From NCBI GenBank assembly GCA_964596615.1, contig CAZQUN010000001.1, positions 66,786 to 130,785 of the forward strand: a stretch of DNA of 64,000 nucleotides, given 5' to 3'. A program made the position numbers and the translations under genes. This DNA is from an uncultured Candidatus Saccharibacteria bacterium. GTDB lineage: Bacteria; Patescibacteriota; Minisyncoccia; Portnoybacterales; UBA2143. Below the pieces are notes generated by a model. The model had not been told where the DNA came from. It worked only from the letters and a program-made list of their open reading frames with translations, and ran no database searches. Positions 19,929 to 30,873 of this stretch are shown here, piece by piece (the stretch's first letter is position 1; each line of letters starts with the position of its first letter).

Positions 19929-21349
19929 ATGCCTAAATATTTAATTCCGGCTTTAATTAAACTTTTCAAATCTGAAAATGACTCAACCTTTTTCAGCTTA
20001 TTCCACCCCTTTTTCCAAATATCTCCATCAGACAAATTCTTAACCATAAAGGCTTTAACTTTTTCTAATTCCATTCCTGACCATTCCATATATGGAACGC
20101 TGGGATCTTCTCCGGTAATTCTTGATTTCTTTCCTTGATAATGACTATTCCAGGAAAAATTGTTATCCAGGATTCCTTTTTTCTTAGCAATCCATTCTAT
20201 TTCTGTCCCTGGATAAATTAGGGCAAAACCATAGCTAGCTTCCACATTCTCATAACTCCTTAATTCTTTAATCAAATCAGCGCTCATTTTTAAATCTTCC
20301 ATTGTTTCATCGGGCAAATTGACAATAAAATTCAAGCTAACAATTAAACCAGCCTTTGAAGAAATTTGAACTGCTTTTCTGGTTTGTTCTAAAGTAATAT
20401 TCTTCTTAATTTCCTTCAAAATCCTTGGACTGCCGGATTCAATACCAAAACTGATTCTCCGACAACCGGCTTTTTTCATCATATTAATCATTTCCTCATC
20501 AACTGTATTGACCCTTGCCCGGGCGTACCATTTAATATCAAGCCCGCGATCAAGAATTTCCTGACAAATACCCATAACATGATTCTTTGAAACAGTTAAA
20601 GTATCATCCCAAAAATTAAAACCCTCAAATCCATATTTCTGATTCAAAAACTCTAACTCATCAACAAAATTCTTTGGAGTTCTTAAACGAAGAATTGATT
20701 TTGAAAAAGCAGCATTATCGCAGAAAACACATTGATTTGGACAGCCTCGGGCGCTAATGACTCCAATTGTCCGAAAATCAGTTCCATGAATCTTTTTCTG
20801 GTATCTATCTAAATCATACAAATACCAGGCTGGAAAAGGTAATTGGGACAAGTCTCTTAAAAAGGGCCTGTCCGGATTAGAAACAATTTCCCCGTTATCC
20901 CGATAGGTAATGCCTAAAACATTTTTCAGTTTTTCCCTCTCAGGCCAGGCATCTAAAAGTTCTTTAGCTGTAATTTCTCCTTCTCTTTTAACAACAACAT
21001 CAATTTCAGGGACAACCTCCAGAGCATTTTTATCGCTCAAAGAAAAATGAGGGCCACCAACCATAATCATCAAATCTGGCTTTTTCTTTTTTAAAAGTTT
21101 AATTACTGAAATAGCTTGGAGACGATTATGAGTTGTCGCAGTCAAACCGACAACTTCCGGAGAAAAGGATAAAATCTTTTTAACGGTTTCTTCCTGATTT
21201 AAATTTTCGCTATGCCCGTCAACAATGACAACATTATGATTACCTTTTTTTTCTAAATACGAAGCAACATAGCCAATGCTAAGAAATGGCAATCCTGCCA
21301 TTTCAATCTCTCCTAATGCTCTTGGTCCTGTGGCTAATACTATTTTCAT
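19925..21349 (-). CDS. B12-binding-domain radical SAM protein
   Basis: GGPHFS, ARGCPNQCVFC, DDT, GIESGS, IYPGT. Confidence 0.92.
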   Translation of the reverse strand: MKIVLATGPRALGEIEMAGLPFLSIGYVASYLEKKGNHNVVIVDGHSENLNQEETVKKILSFSPEVVGLTATTHNRLQAISVIKLLKKKKPDLMIMVGGPHFSLSDKNALEVVPEIDVVVKREGEITAKELLDAWPEREKLKNVLGITYRDNGEIVSNPDRPFLRDLSQLPFPAWYLYDLDRYQKKIHGTDFRTIGVISARGCPNQCVFCDNAAFSKSILRLRTPKNFVDELEFLNQKYGFEGFNFWDDTLTVSKNHVMGICQEILDRGLDIKWYARARVNTVDEEMINMMKKAGCRRISFGIESGSPRILKEIKKNITLEQTRKAVQISSKAGLIVSLNFIVNLPDETMEDLKMSADLIKELRSYENVEASYGFALIYPGTEIEWIAKKKGILDNNFSWNSHYQGKKSRITGEDPSVPYMEWSGMELEKVKAFMVKNLSDGDIWKKGWNKLKKVESFSDLKSLIKAGIKYLGI

Positions 21350-21355
21350 ATTATT

Positions 21356-22267
21356 TTAAATATTCAATAAATAAACTCCTATAAACATAATCATAATCGC
21401 TACCAATCTTTGAGCAATATGCTTCTTTGCTAAACTTTCTTTTGCTAAATAAGGAAAGAATAGAGTAATAATTATCCCGAAGATTAAAACAAAGAATGGT
21501 TGAAATCCGTTAATTACCCATGCTAAGGCCAGAGGGGCTAAAAGAGTGGCAAGGTTCATTATTATTTTAGCAATAATATTTAACGTTTCGTTAATTGTAT
21601 TCCAAGTTAAAACAGGAACCCTGTTTAATTTAATAACAGACAAAAATTGCCTTCTGTATGAACCAATGAATACTAACAGTATTACAGATAATATGGCAAA
21701 GCCAATATATTCCCAAAAACTTGTTGTCCAAAAACCCTCTTTAATTGCTACGAACTTAAAGACTAACCCATTTAATGCTACTAAAAAAGAAGCTAAAAGC
21801 ATTAACCAGAAAACTTTTTGCTTTAATTCTGGCTTCCCTTTATCTAAATCTAAAGATAGCGCTACTGCCCCTGCTATAATCAGCAAAGAGGCAAAAATCT
21901 GAATACCCGTTAAAACCTCCCTCAAAACAACTAAAGCTAAAATATAGCTAAAAACAGGGATGGTCTGAAACAGCGGCACGACAATTGAAACTTCATCTTC
22001 TTTTAAGGCGTGATAGTAAGGCAAAAGACCTAAAACATAGAGAAAACCATTCACTACAATCAGAAGGGCAAATACTGGCTTAACAGCAAAAACAGCAGGG
22101 TGGATTATTAAGATAAAAGGTAAAACTAATATTCCAATCAAAGAAGAAAAAATAACCAAAGCACCAATCCCGTCACCCTTAAAATACCTACTAATCAAAT
22201 GCTTGTCTATATAATTTGTGATAGCCCACAGGGCAGGCGCTATTGACGCTATAAGAAGCCAGTTCAT
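21356..22267 (-). CDS. EamA/DMT-family transporter
   Basis: About 10 TM helices in two repeats; EVSIVVPLFQTIPVF. Confidence 0.85.
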   Translation of the reverse strand: MNWLLIASIAPALWAITNYIDKHLISRYFKGDGIGALVIFSSLIGILVLPFILIIHPAVFAVKPVFALLIVVNGFLYVLGLLPYYHALKEDEVSIVVPLFQTIPVFSYILALVVLREVLTGIQIFASLLIIAGAVALSLDLDKGKPELKQKVFWLMLLASFLVALNGLVFKFVAIKEGFWTTSFWEYIGFAILSVILLVFIGSYRRQFLSVIKLNRVPVLTWNTINETLNIIAKIIMNLATLLAPLALAWVINGFQPFFVLIFGIIITLFFPYLAKESLAKKHIAQRLVAIMIMFIGVYLLNI

Positions 22268-22273
22268 ATACCT

Positions 22274-22921
22274 TTATTTCCTCCCAACCACGAAATACCC
22301 CAATGGACAAGGATGAAGTCTTTTAACCTTCTTCGGAATCAACTTGTCAAAAACCATGGCTTTAGTAAAAGAAATTAAACGGATAAAGTTAAAAAGGAAA
22401 AAACTGTGCCATAAATGAATTCCAGCAGTAAATCTTTCCCCAAAAGGAATAATTTCAAAATCAGAAAAGCCGCCTTGTTTTAATAACTCCTCTAATCCCT
22501 GTGAAGTCAATCTTCGGTAATCATTAGGCTCTTTAGCTTCGTTAAAAACAAAAGGCGAGGCAATGAATAGTCTTCCTTCTTTTTTAAGAACCCGATGAAT
22601 TTCTTGCATTAATTTTTCCGGTTCTTTAACAATATAGATAGCGTTGAAGAAAAAGATATTATCTATTGAATTATCTTCCAAAGGCAACTCTCTATTAAAA
22701 TCAATTTGTAAATCAGGATTTTTATCCTGATTGTAATCAGCATTGATTAATTCGGCATTTTCCAAGGACCAATACTGATGATAGCTTGGATCTTTGCCCG
22801 CAGCCAGATCAAGGCATTTACCGGTTAAATTCCGGCAATGCTTTTGAACCTGCCAATTGAATTGAATCCGGTAAATGCTTTTTCCTCTAAAAACTTGTTT
22901 TATAAAATCAAATATCTTCAT
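22274..22921 (-). CDS. SAM-dependent methyltransferase type 11
   Basis: CLDLAAG, LPLEDNSID, EIHRVLKKEG, DYRRLT. Confidence 0.85.
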   Translation of the reverse strand: MKIFDFIKQVFRGKSIYRIQFNWQVQKHCRNLTGKCLDLAAGKDPSYHQYWSLENAELINADYNQDKNPDLQIDFNRELPLEDNSIDNIFFFNAIYIVKEPEKLMQEIHRVLKKEGRLFIASPFVFNEAKEPNDYRRLTSQGLEELLKQGGFSDFEIIPFGERFTAGIHLWHSFFLFNFIRLISFTKAMVFDKLIPKKVKRLHPCPLGYFVVGRK

Positions 22922-22922
22922 A

Positions 22923-23942
22923 TTATTTCCTCCCTTTAATATAGACTAATTTTCCAAATTTACTAACTAATTTCTGAGCAATGAAATTAGGTGTAATAAA
23001 TTTAAACAAAGGCAATTTGCTCCAAGGGAGCAATTTAATTTGTTCAACTGGACCAGTTGGATAGAACTTTAATCTGGAAAATTTATTCAACATCCTTTTT
23101 AATTCCTTTTTGCTGGTAAAATCAGCCTTGGGATTGCCCCCTTGGTAATTTCTATCAGTTCTCATAGCAGTCAATTGTTTCGAATTCATTTTCCAAAGTT
23201 TCCCTTTAATAATCCCCCAGCCAAACCAGATATGCCACCAGTAATTAATTGAATCCTTGTTGTACATCATAATCAGGAATCTTCTATTTGGTTTTAAAAC
23301 CCGATGAATTTCATCAAAGGCCTTCTGGGTGTCTTCTGTATGATGAAGAACTCCATAAGAGAGGATATAGTCAAAAGAATTGTTTTTAAAAGGGAGGGTT
23401 TCTGCGTCGCCCTGATAAATATATCCTTTGCCTTCAAAATTATTCAACTGGGTTCTTTGATGAGTCATTCTGGCGCTGGGAAAATTTAATTCCAGGCCAT
23501 GGGTTTCAATTCCTTGACCAACAAACTGCTCAAACATTGTTCCAACCCCAGACCCAATCTCTAAAACTCTCTTTTTCTTTAAGGAAGAATAATCAATCCA
23601 TCGATGGAGAATAGGGAATTGGAAATTAGCCCAGGGATGATGCCATTTAAACCATTTCCGGTCCGTGTTCTGGAAATATTTCCAAGTCCCCTCTTCAATA
23701 TTTTCTGAACCAGTGACATAGGCATCCAAATCACACTTATTCTCTCCCCACCATTCCATAATTTCCCTCTTCTTTTCAGAAATATTTTTAGGAATTAAAA
23801 CAAAGAAATTATCATCTAAAACATCGTATCTATCACTGCATTTCTGACATTGAAATGATTTCTTGTTTTTTGACAAAGTTAAACTTCCTCGGCAAATTGG
23901 ACAGGCAAGTATTTTAACAAGTTTTGGATCTATTTCTCTCAT
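22923..23942 (-). CDS. Trm112-like zinc finger fused to a class I methyltransferase
   Basis: LACPICRG...CQKC; VLEIGSGVG; GVLHHT. Confidence 0.85.
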   Translation of the reverse strand: MREIDPKLVKILACPICRGSLTLSKNKKSFQCQKCSDRYDVLDDNFFVLIPKNISEKKREIMEWWGENKCDLDAYVTGSENIEEGTWKYFQNTDRKWFKWHHPWANFQFPILHRWIDYSSLKKKRVLEIGSGVGTMFEQFVGQGIETHGLELNFPSARMTHQRTQLNNFEGKGYIYQGDAETLPFKNNSFDYILSYGVLHHTEDTQKAFDEIHRVLKPNRRFLIMMYNKDSINYWWHIWFGWGIIKGKLWKMNSKQLTAMRTDRNYQGGNPKADFTSKKELKRMLNKFSRLKFYPTGPVEQIKLLPWSKLPLFKFITPNFIAQKLVSKFGKLVYIKGRK

Positions 23943-24667
23943 ACCTTTGATTTGAATTGAATAAAGGAAACTATTGAATTAATTGATTGTCTTTTTAATT
24001 CAAAGAGATTATCTCCTTTTTTAATAAATCCTCTTTCTATAGTCAAAACTGCTTCAAATCCTTCGTTTTCCAATATTTCTTTAACTTCTTGGCTAATCCT
24101 TCCTTTGGGCGGAGCGAAAAACCGGCATTCTTTGTTTAATTTCTCTTCAATGATCTTTTTTGATTGAATAATCTCTGATTCAATTTCTCCCAAGGTAATT
24201 TGATCTAATTTTGGATGAGTTATGGTGTGGGGCTGGAAATCTATTAAATCAGAACTATGCATTTCTTCAATTTCATTCCAATTAAGAGCAGGGAAAGCCC
24301 CGTGAGAAGTTACTACTTCTTTTCCAACCCAGCCAACAGTCAAAAATATTGTTGCAGGAAGATTGTATTCCTTTAAAACAGGGAAGGCGTTTGAATAATT
24401 GTCTTTAAACCCATCATCGAATGTTAAAACAACAGTTTTTTCTGGCAATTCCTTACCACCCTTTAAAAGATTAACTAAATCAGATAATTTAATCACCTGG
24501 TAGCTATTATCCTTCAAGTATTTCATTTGCTTTTGAAAAATCTCTGGTTTAACCGCAAGAAGAGGAATAGCATCATTACGTTCAACAGAATGATACATTA
24601 AAATAGATGCTCCCTTAGAGCGAGGCATTAAAGTCAAAATATCTTTAATTATTCTCTTCAAAAGCAT
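23939..24667 (-). CDS. Polysaccharide deacetylase (CE4, IcaB-like)
   Basis: ILMYH, LTFDDG, HTITHP. Confidence 0.9.
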   Translation of the reverse strand: MLLKRIIKDILTLMPRSKGASILMYHSVERNDAIPLLAVKPEIFQKQMKYLKDNSYQVIKLSDLVNLLKGGKELPEKTVVLTFDDGFKDNYSNAFPVLKEYNLPATIFLTVGWVGKEVVTSHGAFPALNWNEIEEMHSSDLIDFQPHTITHPKLDQITLGEIESEIIQSKKIIEEKLNKECRFFAPPKGRISQEVKEILENEGFEAVLTIERGFIKKGDNLFELKRQSINSIVSFIQFKSKV

Positions 24668-25697
24668 TGACTATTCCTTTCAACAAATTATCTAGATTGT
24701 GGTGCTTAATAACCTGTTCTCTTAAATACATTCCAATTTCTTCCATTTTGCCACTTCGGGAGAGATTAATAATCTTATCAGCCAAATCCTGAGGGTTTTT
24801 TTCTTTAAAAAGCAACTGGTCTTTGTATGGACCAAAATTCTGAACATAACTCTGATTACAGGCCAGGAGGGGCAGGCCAACTGCCATGGCTTCAAAGCCA
24901 ACCTTATCCGGCGCTCCGGTTGGACATAAATTAACACTCAAATCAGAATTTTGGTAAAGCCTAATTGTTTCAGATTGGATAGTGCCCCCTAAAAGTTGTA
25001 TCTGATTTTCTAATCCTTTTTCCTTTATTAATTCTTTTAGTTTATCTAAATACCCTTTCTGTTTCTCTAAAAGAACTGGACCAGCAATATTTACTATCAA
25101 ATTCACTCCTTTGTCTTTTAAAATGCCAGCAGCATTAATTAACGTTTCGTAGTTTTTAATCGGAGAAATTCTGCCAACTGCAATAATCCTTAATTTATCT
25201 GATTTTTCTTTATTCGGATCTGGCCTAAACAAATCTGTATCAATCCCCTGGCTAATGACAATTCTTTTCGGACTATCTATTTGAAATCCGTCTTTGCTTG
25301 AAGTCACAACCTTATCGGCAAAAAAATGCATTAATTTTGTTTTCCAGGTAACAGCTTTGTGGGCATAAAAACAAATTATCTTTTTTCTGAATAATTTAGC
25401 GAAAGGAGCAATTAAAATAGTGTATTCCGGATTTTGATGGCAAAAAACTCCATCAACCCTGGAAATGAATTTAAAAGCGCCTATTTGGAAGTTAATAAAT
25501 TCCTTTAATCTATTCTTTCCTCTCTCCTTGCCCAAAGAAAAAACTTCAACATTTTCCAATCCTTCAATATTTCCTTTTTCCAAACAGATTACTTTTAATA
25601 AGTTAACTTTCTGGCTTAACTTTTTAACCCAATTAAAAGCAAACCCGGCCTGGGCATCATCTTTATCCAATTTTCTTGTTATCATTAACAATTTCAT
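24645..25697 (-). CDS. Glycosyltransferase family 4
   Basis: GIDTDLF, VGRISPIKN, DKVGFEAMAVG. Confidence 0.9.
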   Translation of the reverse strand: MKLLMITRKLDKDDAQAGFAFNWVKKLSQKVNLLKVICLEKGNIEGLENVEVFSLGKERGKNRLKEFINFQIGAFKFISRVDGVFCHQNPEYTILIAPFAKLFRKKIICFYAHKAVTWKTKLMHFFADKVVTSSKDGFQIDSPKRIVISQGIDTDLFRPDPNKEKSDKLRIIAVGRISPIKNYETLINAAGILKDKGVNLIVNIAGPVLLEKQKGYLDKLKELIKEKGLENQIQLLGGTIQSETIRLYQNSDLSVNLCPTGAPDKVGFEAMAVGLPLLACNQSYVQNFGPYKDQLLFKEKNPQDLADKIINLSRSGKMEEIGMYLREQVIKHHNLDNLLKGIVNAFEENN

Positions 25698-27544
25698 AAA
25701 TTCTGTTTAGCCCAAATCTGGAAAGTGATTAAAATCCAAAGACAGGTTAAATTGTATCTTTTTTTACTAATATGGTCGTCCAGCATTTTATTGACTTCCT
25801 TGAAATTAAAGTATTGGCTGGTAGCTGGAGAATAGTTTTCTGACAGAACATCATGGGCAAAATCATTTAAATCCGTTCTTAGCCATTTGGCCACCGGGGA
25901 AAACCAGCCTCTTTTTGGAGCTTTAATAACATACTCTGGCAAATATTCTTTCATTGCTTTCTTGAAAATATCCTTCCCCTCTCCCTTGATTTTGTATTTA
26001 CTCGGAATCTTGGCTGCTAATTCAACCAGGCGATGATCTAAAATCGGAACCCTTTCTTCCAACCCAAAAGCCATGGTCATTTTATCAGTCCTCATTAACG
26101 ATTCATTCACCAGCCAGGTTTTAACATCTGTCAGCATAAAATGTTTTTCAAAATCATCTTCAGGCCAGTTCTGGAAATATTCCTTCCCATAAAAATCCTT
26201 AGTTAAATCTCTTTGAAAATATTCCTGATTAAGGACTTCTTCTAAAACATTATCTTTTTGGGACATAAAGAGCAAGTATCTTCCAACACCGGAAGGAAGA
26301 TTAAGTTTTTGAGAAAGATTTTCTTTTTTCAAATATTTTCCCAATAAATTAAGGGAAAAATCAGTCAAAACGTTTTCTCTTAAAAATTGAGGTAGCTTTT
26401 GCCAATTACTCGTTAATTGGCTGTAAGCATAGCGGGGATAGCCGCCAAAAAGCTCATCGCCGCCATCACCGCCCAAAGCAACAGCAACTTTCTCTTTGGT
26501 AAATTTAGACAAAAGAAAAGTCGCGATCTGAGTCGCATTGGAAATTGGCTCATCCAAATGGTAAATGACCTTTTCAACATTCTCCAGCATATCTTTTCCG
26601 TTGATGATTAACTCATGATGGTTAGTTCTGTAATCCTGGCTGACTCGCCGGGCCATATCCAGGTCAAAATTAAATTTCTTTTTGTCTTCGAAATCAAAAC
26701 CAACTGAAAAGGTATTAATCTTTTTATGACCCAATTGATTAACTATGCCTAAAATTGAAGTTGAATCAATTCCTCCGCTTAAAAATATGCCGACTGGCCG
26801 GTCTGAAATCAACTGACCCTTGACTGATTCTTTCATTAAAGATTGGATCTGTTCAATAATTTCATTTTCTGATTCAATATTTTCCAAGTCATTTATCTGC
26901 CAATACTCTTTAATATCAACCTGATTGTTTTTAAAAATCAAATAACTGGCCGGCGGAAGCTTGTAGATGTTCTTGTAAATTGTTAAAGGATGAGGAATGT
27001 AGTGAAGGCGGAAATAGTGGTTAAAGGCATTTAAATCAATTTCTCTCTTAATATCATGCTCTAAAATTGCCTTGATTTCTGAAGAGAAAATGAACTTCTT
27101 GTTGTCAAAGTAATAATAAAGGGGCTTGACTCCAATTCTGTCCCGGGCTAAAAAGAATTCTTTCTTTTTTAAATTAAGAATGGCAAAGGCGAAAATTCCA
27201 TTAAGGAGTTTAAGGCAATCAGGGCCGTGATCTTCATACAAGTGCAAAATGACTTCTGAATCTGATTGGCTGATAAATTGATGTCCTTTTTTGACTAAAT
27301 CCTTTCTTAATTCCTTGAAATTGTAAATCTCGCCGTTGTAAACCAAGGTCAATGATTTATCTTCATTAAACATTGGCTGTTTGGCATTATCCGACAGGTC
27401 AATAATTGAAAGGCGAGTCTGGCCCAGTGAAAAATTGTCAAAACAAAACGAACCTTTTTGATCCGGCCCTCGATGCCGAATCTTCTGATTCATTTTCTCA
27501 ACTAAATCCGGCTGGTTAGAATCAAACCCGTTTATTCCACACAT
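25694..27544 (-). CDS. asnB: Asparagine synthase (glutamine-hydrolysing) family amidotransferase, probably glycan-amidating
   Basis: MCGI N-terminus, HRGPD, NGEIYN, LSGGIDS, GDGGDELFGGY. Confidence 0.93.
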   Translation of the reverse strand: MCGINGFDSNQPDLVEKMNQKIRHRGPDQKGSFCFDNFSLGQTRLSIIDLSDNAKQPMFNEDKSLTLVYNGEIYNFKELRKDLVKKGHQFISQSDSEVILHLYEDHGPDCLKLLNGIFAFAILNLKKKEFFLARDRIGVKPLYYYFDNKKFIFSSEIKAILEHDIKREIDLNAFNHYFRLHYIPHPLTIYKNIYKLPPASYLIFKNNQVDIKEYWQINDLENIESENEIIEQIQSLMKESVKGQLISDRPVGIFLSGGIDSTSILGIVNQLGHKKINTFSVGFDFEDKKKFNFDLDMARRVSQDYRTNHHELIINGKDMLENVEKVIYHLDEPISNATQIATFLLSKFTKEKVAVALGGDGGDELFGGYPRYAYSQLTSNWQKLPQFLRENVLTDFSLNLLGKYLKKENLSQKLNLPSGVGRYLLFMSQKDNVLEEVLNQEYFQRDLTKDFYGKEYFQNWPEDDFEKHFMLTDVKTWLVNESLMRTDKMTMAFGLEERVPILDHRLVELAAKIPSKYKIKGEGKDIFKKAMKEYLPEYVIKAPKRGWFSPVAKWLRTDLNDFAHDVLSENYSPATSQYFNFKEVNKMLDDHISKKRYNLTCLWILITFQIWAKQNL

Positions 27545-27550
27545 AGGTCT

Positions 27551-28144
27551 CTACTTTACTAAAAAGACATTAAAGCCCGATGCTTGTTTTCCTGAAAAAA
27601 ACTTATCAATTAACCTGATAAAAGGAAGAAAAATCTTAATTTTCCTCAAAGGAGTCAGATTAAAAACTGTCTCCAGATTACCCCGAACCGGACAAATCTC
27701 AATTACCTTAAAATCTTCGAACAAATATTTAACTCCATCCTCAGTGTATCGAAAGTAATCCTGGTAAACCCCTTTATGAGCATGATAAGGATAAAGGAAA
27801 GGAAGATAGATTAATCCTTTGCCGCCTGGTTTCAAAACTCTGAAAATTTCCCGGGCGGCTTTTTTCGGTTCCTGGATATGCTCTAAGACCGCTTTGCAGA
27901 TAACAGCATCGAAGGATCCATCTTCAAAAGGCATTTGGCAAACATCGCCAACAATATCGGGATTAAAACTTGGCTCTTTATCCAAAACCTGGTAATTGCT
28001 TTCCTTAAAAAGCTCTTTGTATTTTTGAAGTTCTTTTTGGAATTTAAAGCCGCCGCCAATATCAAGGATATTTTTCTCCTGGGCAATTTCTCTAATTTTA
28101 TCGTCAAAAAACCTTTCCCATTTGGTCATGTTAAATCTTTCCAA
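27551..28144 (-). CDS. SAM-dependent methyltransferase type 11
   Basis: ILDIGGG, AVLEH, RVLKPGG, DYFRYT. Start may be 28129. Confidence 0.88.
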   Translation of the reverse strand: MERFNMTKWERFFDDKIREIAQEKNILDIGGGFKFQKELQKYKELFKESNYQVLDKEPSFNPDIVGDVCQMPFEDGSFDAVICKAVLEHIQEPKKAAREIFRVLKPGGKGLIYLPFLYPYHAHKGVYQDYFRYTEDGVKYLFEDFKVIEICPVRGNLETVFNLTPLRKIKIFLPFIRLIDKFFSGKQASGFNVFLVK

Positions 28145-29244
28145 AACTTAATTATCTTTCTAATAGTTTTCTCTTGATTGAACCTTTCTCTGACTATTCT
28201 TCTTCCAGCTCTCCCTATTTCCTTGGCTTTTTCCGGATTATTAAGCAAAAACAAAACCTTCCTAGCCAAAGCAGCGCTGTCGCCAATATCAATCAAATAT
28301 CCATTAACTCCGTTTTTAATGATTTCTTTGGAGCCGGTTGTTCTGGTTGCAACAACTGGCAGTCCAGCCGCCATAGCTTCAACTAAAACCTTGCCAAAGC
28401 TTTCATGCTTGGATGAGGAGATATATATATCTGAAGCATGATAGTAATTAGTTAATTCTTCTAATTTAATTTCCCCAGTTGAGGTTAAAATTAAATTCTT
28501 ATCCCCTTTTATTCTCCCTGGTAAATATTCTCTGTTTCCGACCTGCCAGAAAGCCAGATTCTTGTAATCCTGATGAATTGATTCAATTACTTTGTAGAGA
28601 GTTTTAAAATCCTTGGATGGATCTTTCCGGCCAACATTAATTAAAACTTTTTTGTTCCGATGTTTTTCTCTAAAGCTCTTTACTTTTTTCTCATCAAAAT
28701 CTTCAAACTTTTCCAAATCAATTGGGGTTGAAATGACTCTAATTTTTTCCTTCTTAATTCCATTGCTAACCAATTTCTTTTTAATCCCTGAACTGGTTAC
28801 CCTGACCCCATCCGCTCCTCTAACAACAAATTTACTGATTAAAAGGAAAAACCAGTTAAACCACCATCTTCCCTTTTCAAAAAACCAATACTTGTTCTGC
28901 CAAAAATCTCCATGGAAATGAACCAGCAAAGGAACATTAAAGGCCTTCTTAATCAGCCAGCCAGCCAGACCATTAAGAAACGGATCTTGGCAGACAATCA
29001 AATCAAAATCCAGGCGTCGGGCAATTCCAAAAGCGTTAAAAACATAATTTAATTTAGTTCTGGAATTAGTCGGATAAATTGTTAAATGCGAATTAACTTT
29101 CCTTTTTTCAAATCCTTTTTTAGTTAGAAGGATGACATCCAAATGATCAGCTCTTTGGCCATACTCCTTATGACGCTCTAAAGCATCGCCGCTGAATCCG
29201 GCGCCTAATAATGCTCTTTCAATGCTGATCATTAAAACCCTCAT
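28126..29244 (-). CDS. Glycosyltransferase family 4
   Basis: ESFGKVLVEAMAAGLPVV. Start MRVLMIS. Confidence 0.9.
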   Translation of the reverse strand: MRVLMISIERALLGAGFSGDALERHKEYGQRADHLDVILLTKKGFEKRKVNSHLTIYPTNSRTKLNYVFNAFGIARRLDFDLIVCQDPFLNGLAGWLIKKAFNVPLLVHFHGDFWQNKYWFFEKGRWWFNWFFLLISKFVVRGADGVRVTSSGIKKKLVSNGIKKEKIRVISTPIDLEKFEDFDEKKVKSFREKHRNKKVLINVGRKDPSKDFKTLYKVIESIHQDYKNLAFWQVGNREYLPGRIKGDKNLILTSTGEIKLEELTNYYHASDIYISSSKHESFGKVLVEAMAAGLPVVATRTTGSKEIIKNGVNGYLIDIGDSAALARKVLFLLNNPEKAKEIGRAGRRIVRERFNQEKTIRKIIKFWKDLT

Positions 29245-29248
29245 AATA

Positions 29249-29428
29249 TTAATCCTTCCTATAAAGCCAGGTAACTCCGGCAATAACACCTAAAGAAACG
29301 ATAATATCAAACTCCAGGGCAATAATCTCCCTAAAATCTTTAACCTCTGAGAAATAGTAGATAATTTCGAAAATGAGAAAAAATATCATCAGAGACAAGA
29401 CTAAATAGTAGGCTGCTTTTTTATTCAT
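29249..29428 (-). CDS. Small two-TM membrane protein (59 aa)
   Basis: MNKKAAYYLVLSL... fills the gap between the radical SAM and GT4 genes with an ATGA overlap. Confidence 0.6.
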   Translation of the reverse strand: MNKKAAYYLVLSLMIFFLIFEIIYYFSEVKDFREIIALEFDIIVSLGVIAGVTWLYRKD

Positions 29429-30873
29429 GTTTTTGTGACAAATCTTTTTGCTAATTTGTAATCCCAGGGAAAACCAAAAAACTTTAATTTCCATCTCATC
29501 TGGCAAAGCAGAACAAAAGGCAGTTTCAGCCATTTGGTTGCTTTAACAGTTGAACCAAGAGCGCTTTTAATTGAATGAGCGCCAAATCTGACATAGGCCT
29601 CCAATGACTCAACAAAATCAGGATTCTCCAGCCAGGGAAACCTGGAAACGTCTAAATAGTTTAATTGGTCTCTGGCTGTCTCTGACCATTCCTGAAGCGA
29701 TCTTGGTTCTTGCCAGCCGGACTGAAGGCATTCAGCATAAAGTTCGGAGCCAGGATAGGGCCGAAAAGCCTGAGGGCCTAAAATTTGAATCCTGTCGCCT
29801 AATTTAACCAACCGGTCAATTAATTTCAATGTTTCCATAACTTCATCTTTGGTTTCTCCCGGTAGGCCGGCCATAAAGGAATATTGGGGAATAATATCAT
29901 ATTTCAAGCACATCTCAGCTGAACGAAGCACATCTTCTGGATCAATATCCTTTTTAATTTTCTTAAGAATCCTCGGACAACCTGATTCAGCTCCAAAAGA
30001 TAAAAGATAGCAACCGGACTCTTTAATTTTCTTCAAAAATTCCTCATCAATCATTCCATCTTTTAAATAGTTAGCCCGAACGGTCGTCTCCCAAGGAATA
30101 ACTAAATCACTCTCAATCATGCCATTAATAATACCTTTAGCTCTTTTAATATCAACAAAGAAATTCTCATCCCAGAAACGAAGTTTCTTTCCTTTGAAAT
30201 ATGGACTGGTTTTAATGCTTCTAATATCCTCCAAAACCTGATCAACTGTTCTTGGTCGCCAATTACACTTTAAAATGGCGTTAATACAAAAAGCGCAGCG
30301 ATGAGGGCATCCTCTTGAAGTCAAGGAAGGAACCAGATACAAATCTTGAAGGATTTTTTCCGGCATTAATTCCCATTTGAACAAGGGCATTTGAGTTGGA
30401 TCATGTAATCCCTGAGACAAGCTTATCGCTATCTCCCCACCCTTTTTAAAGGCGATGCCTGATATCTGATTCAAGGACTTTTGATTAACAATATCAAGCA
30501 TGGGCAATTCCCCTTCCCCATAGCAGACAACATCAATTAAAGGATGTCTGGCGGTCTGGTCAGTAAAAAAGCTCGGATGAGGCCCACCCCAGATAATCTG
30601 ACATTCTGGATTAATTTCTTTAATTAATTCCGAGGCCTTAAGAGCAGCTGGAACTTGAGTGGTCATAACGGAGATTCCGGCAAAATTACAATCAGGAGCT
30701 TTTTCCTTAATTAAATTCAAATAGTTTTTCTGTCTGACACCGTCAATAATTTCAACATCAATTCCATTATCATTTAAATATGTGGCAATGCTCAAAAGCC
30801 CGACAGAAATGGAACTGTCGTAATTCTCTTTGTTAATATTAAATGGTGGATTAATGAGTAAAACTTTAGGCAT
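29425..30873 (-). CDS. B12-binding-domain radical SAM protein
   Basis: LINPP, WGGPHPS, SRGCPHRCAFC, DENF, GAESG, PYPGS. Confidence 0.92.
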   Translation of the reverse strand: MPKVLLINPPFNINKENYDSSISVGLLSIATYLNDNGIDVEIIDGVRQKNYLNLIKEKAPDCNFAGISVMTTQVPAALKASELIKEINPECQIIWGGPHPSFFTDQTARHPLIDVVCYGEGELPMLDIVNQKSLNQISGIAFKKGGEIAISLSQGLHDPTQMPLFKWELMPEKILQDLYLVPSLTSRGCPHRCAFCINAILKCNWRPRTVDQVLEDIRSIKTSPYFKGKKLRFWDENFFVDIKRAKGIINGMIESDLVIPWETTVRANYLKDGMIDEEFLKKIKESGCYLLSFGAESGCPRILKKIKKDIDPEDVLRSAEMCLKYDIIPQYSFMAGLPGETKDEVMETLKLIDRLVKLGDRIQILGPQAFRPYPGSELYAECLQSGWQEPRSLQEWSETARDQLNYLDVSRFPWLENPDFVESLEAYVRFGAHSIKSALGSTVKATKWLKLPFVLLCQMRWKLKFFGFPWDYKLAKRFVTKT

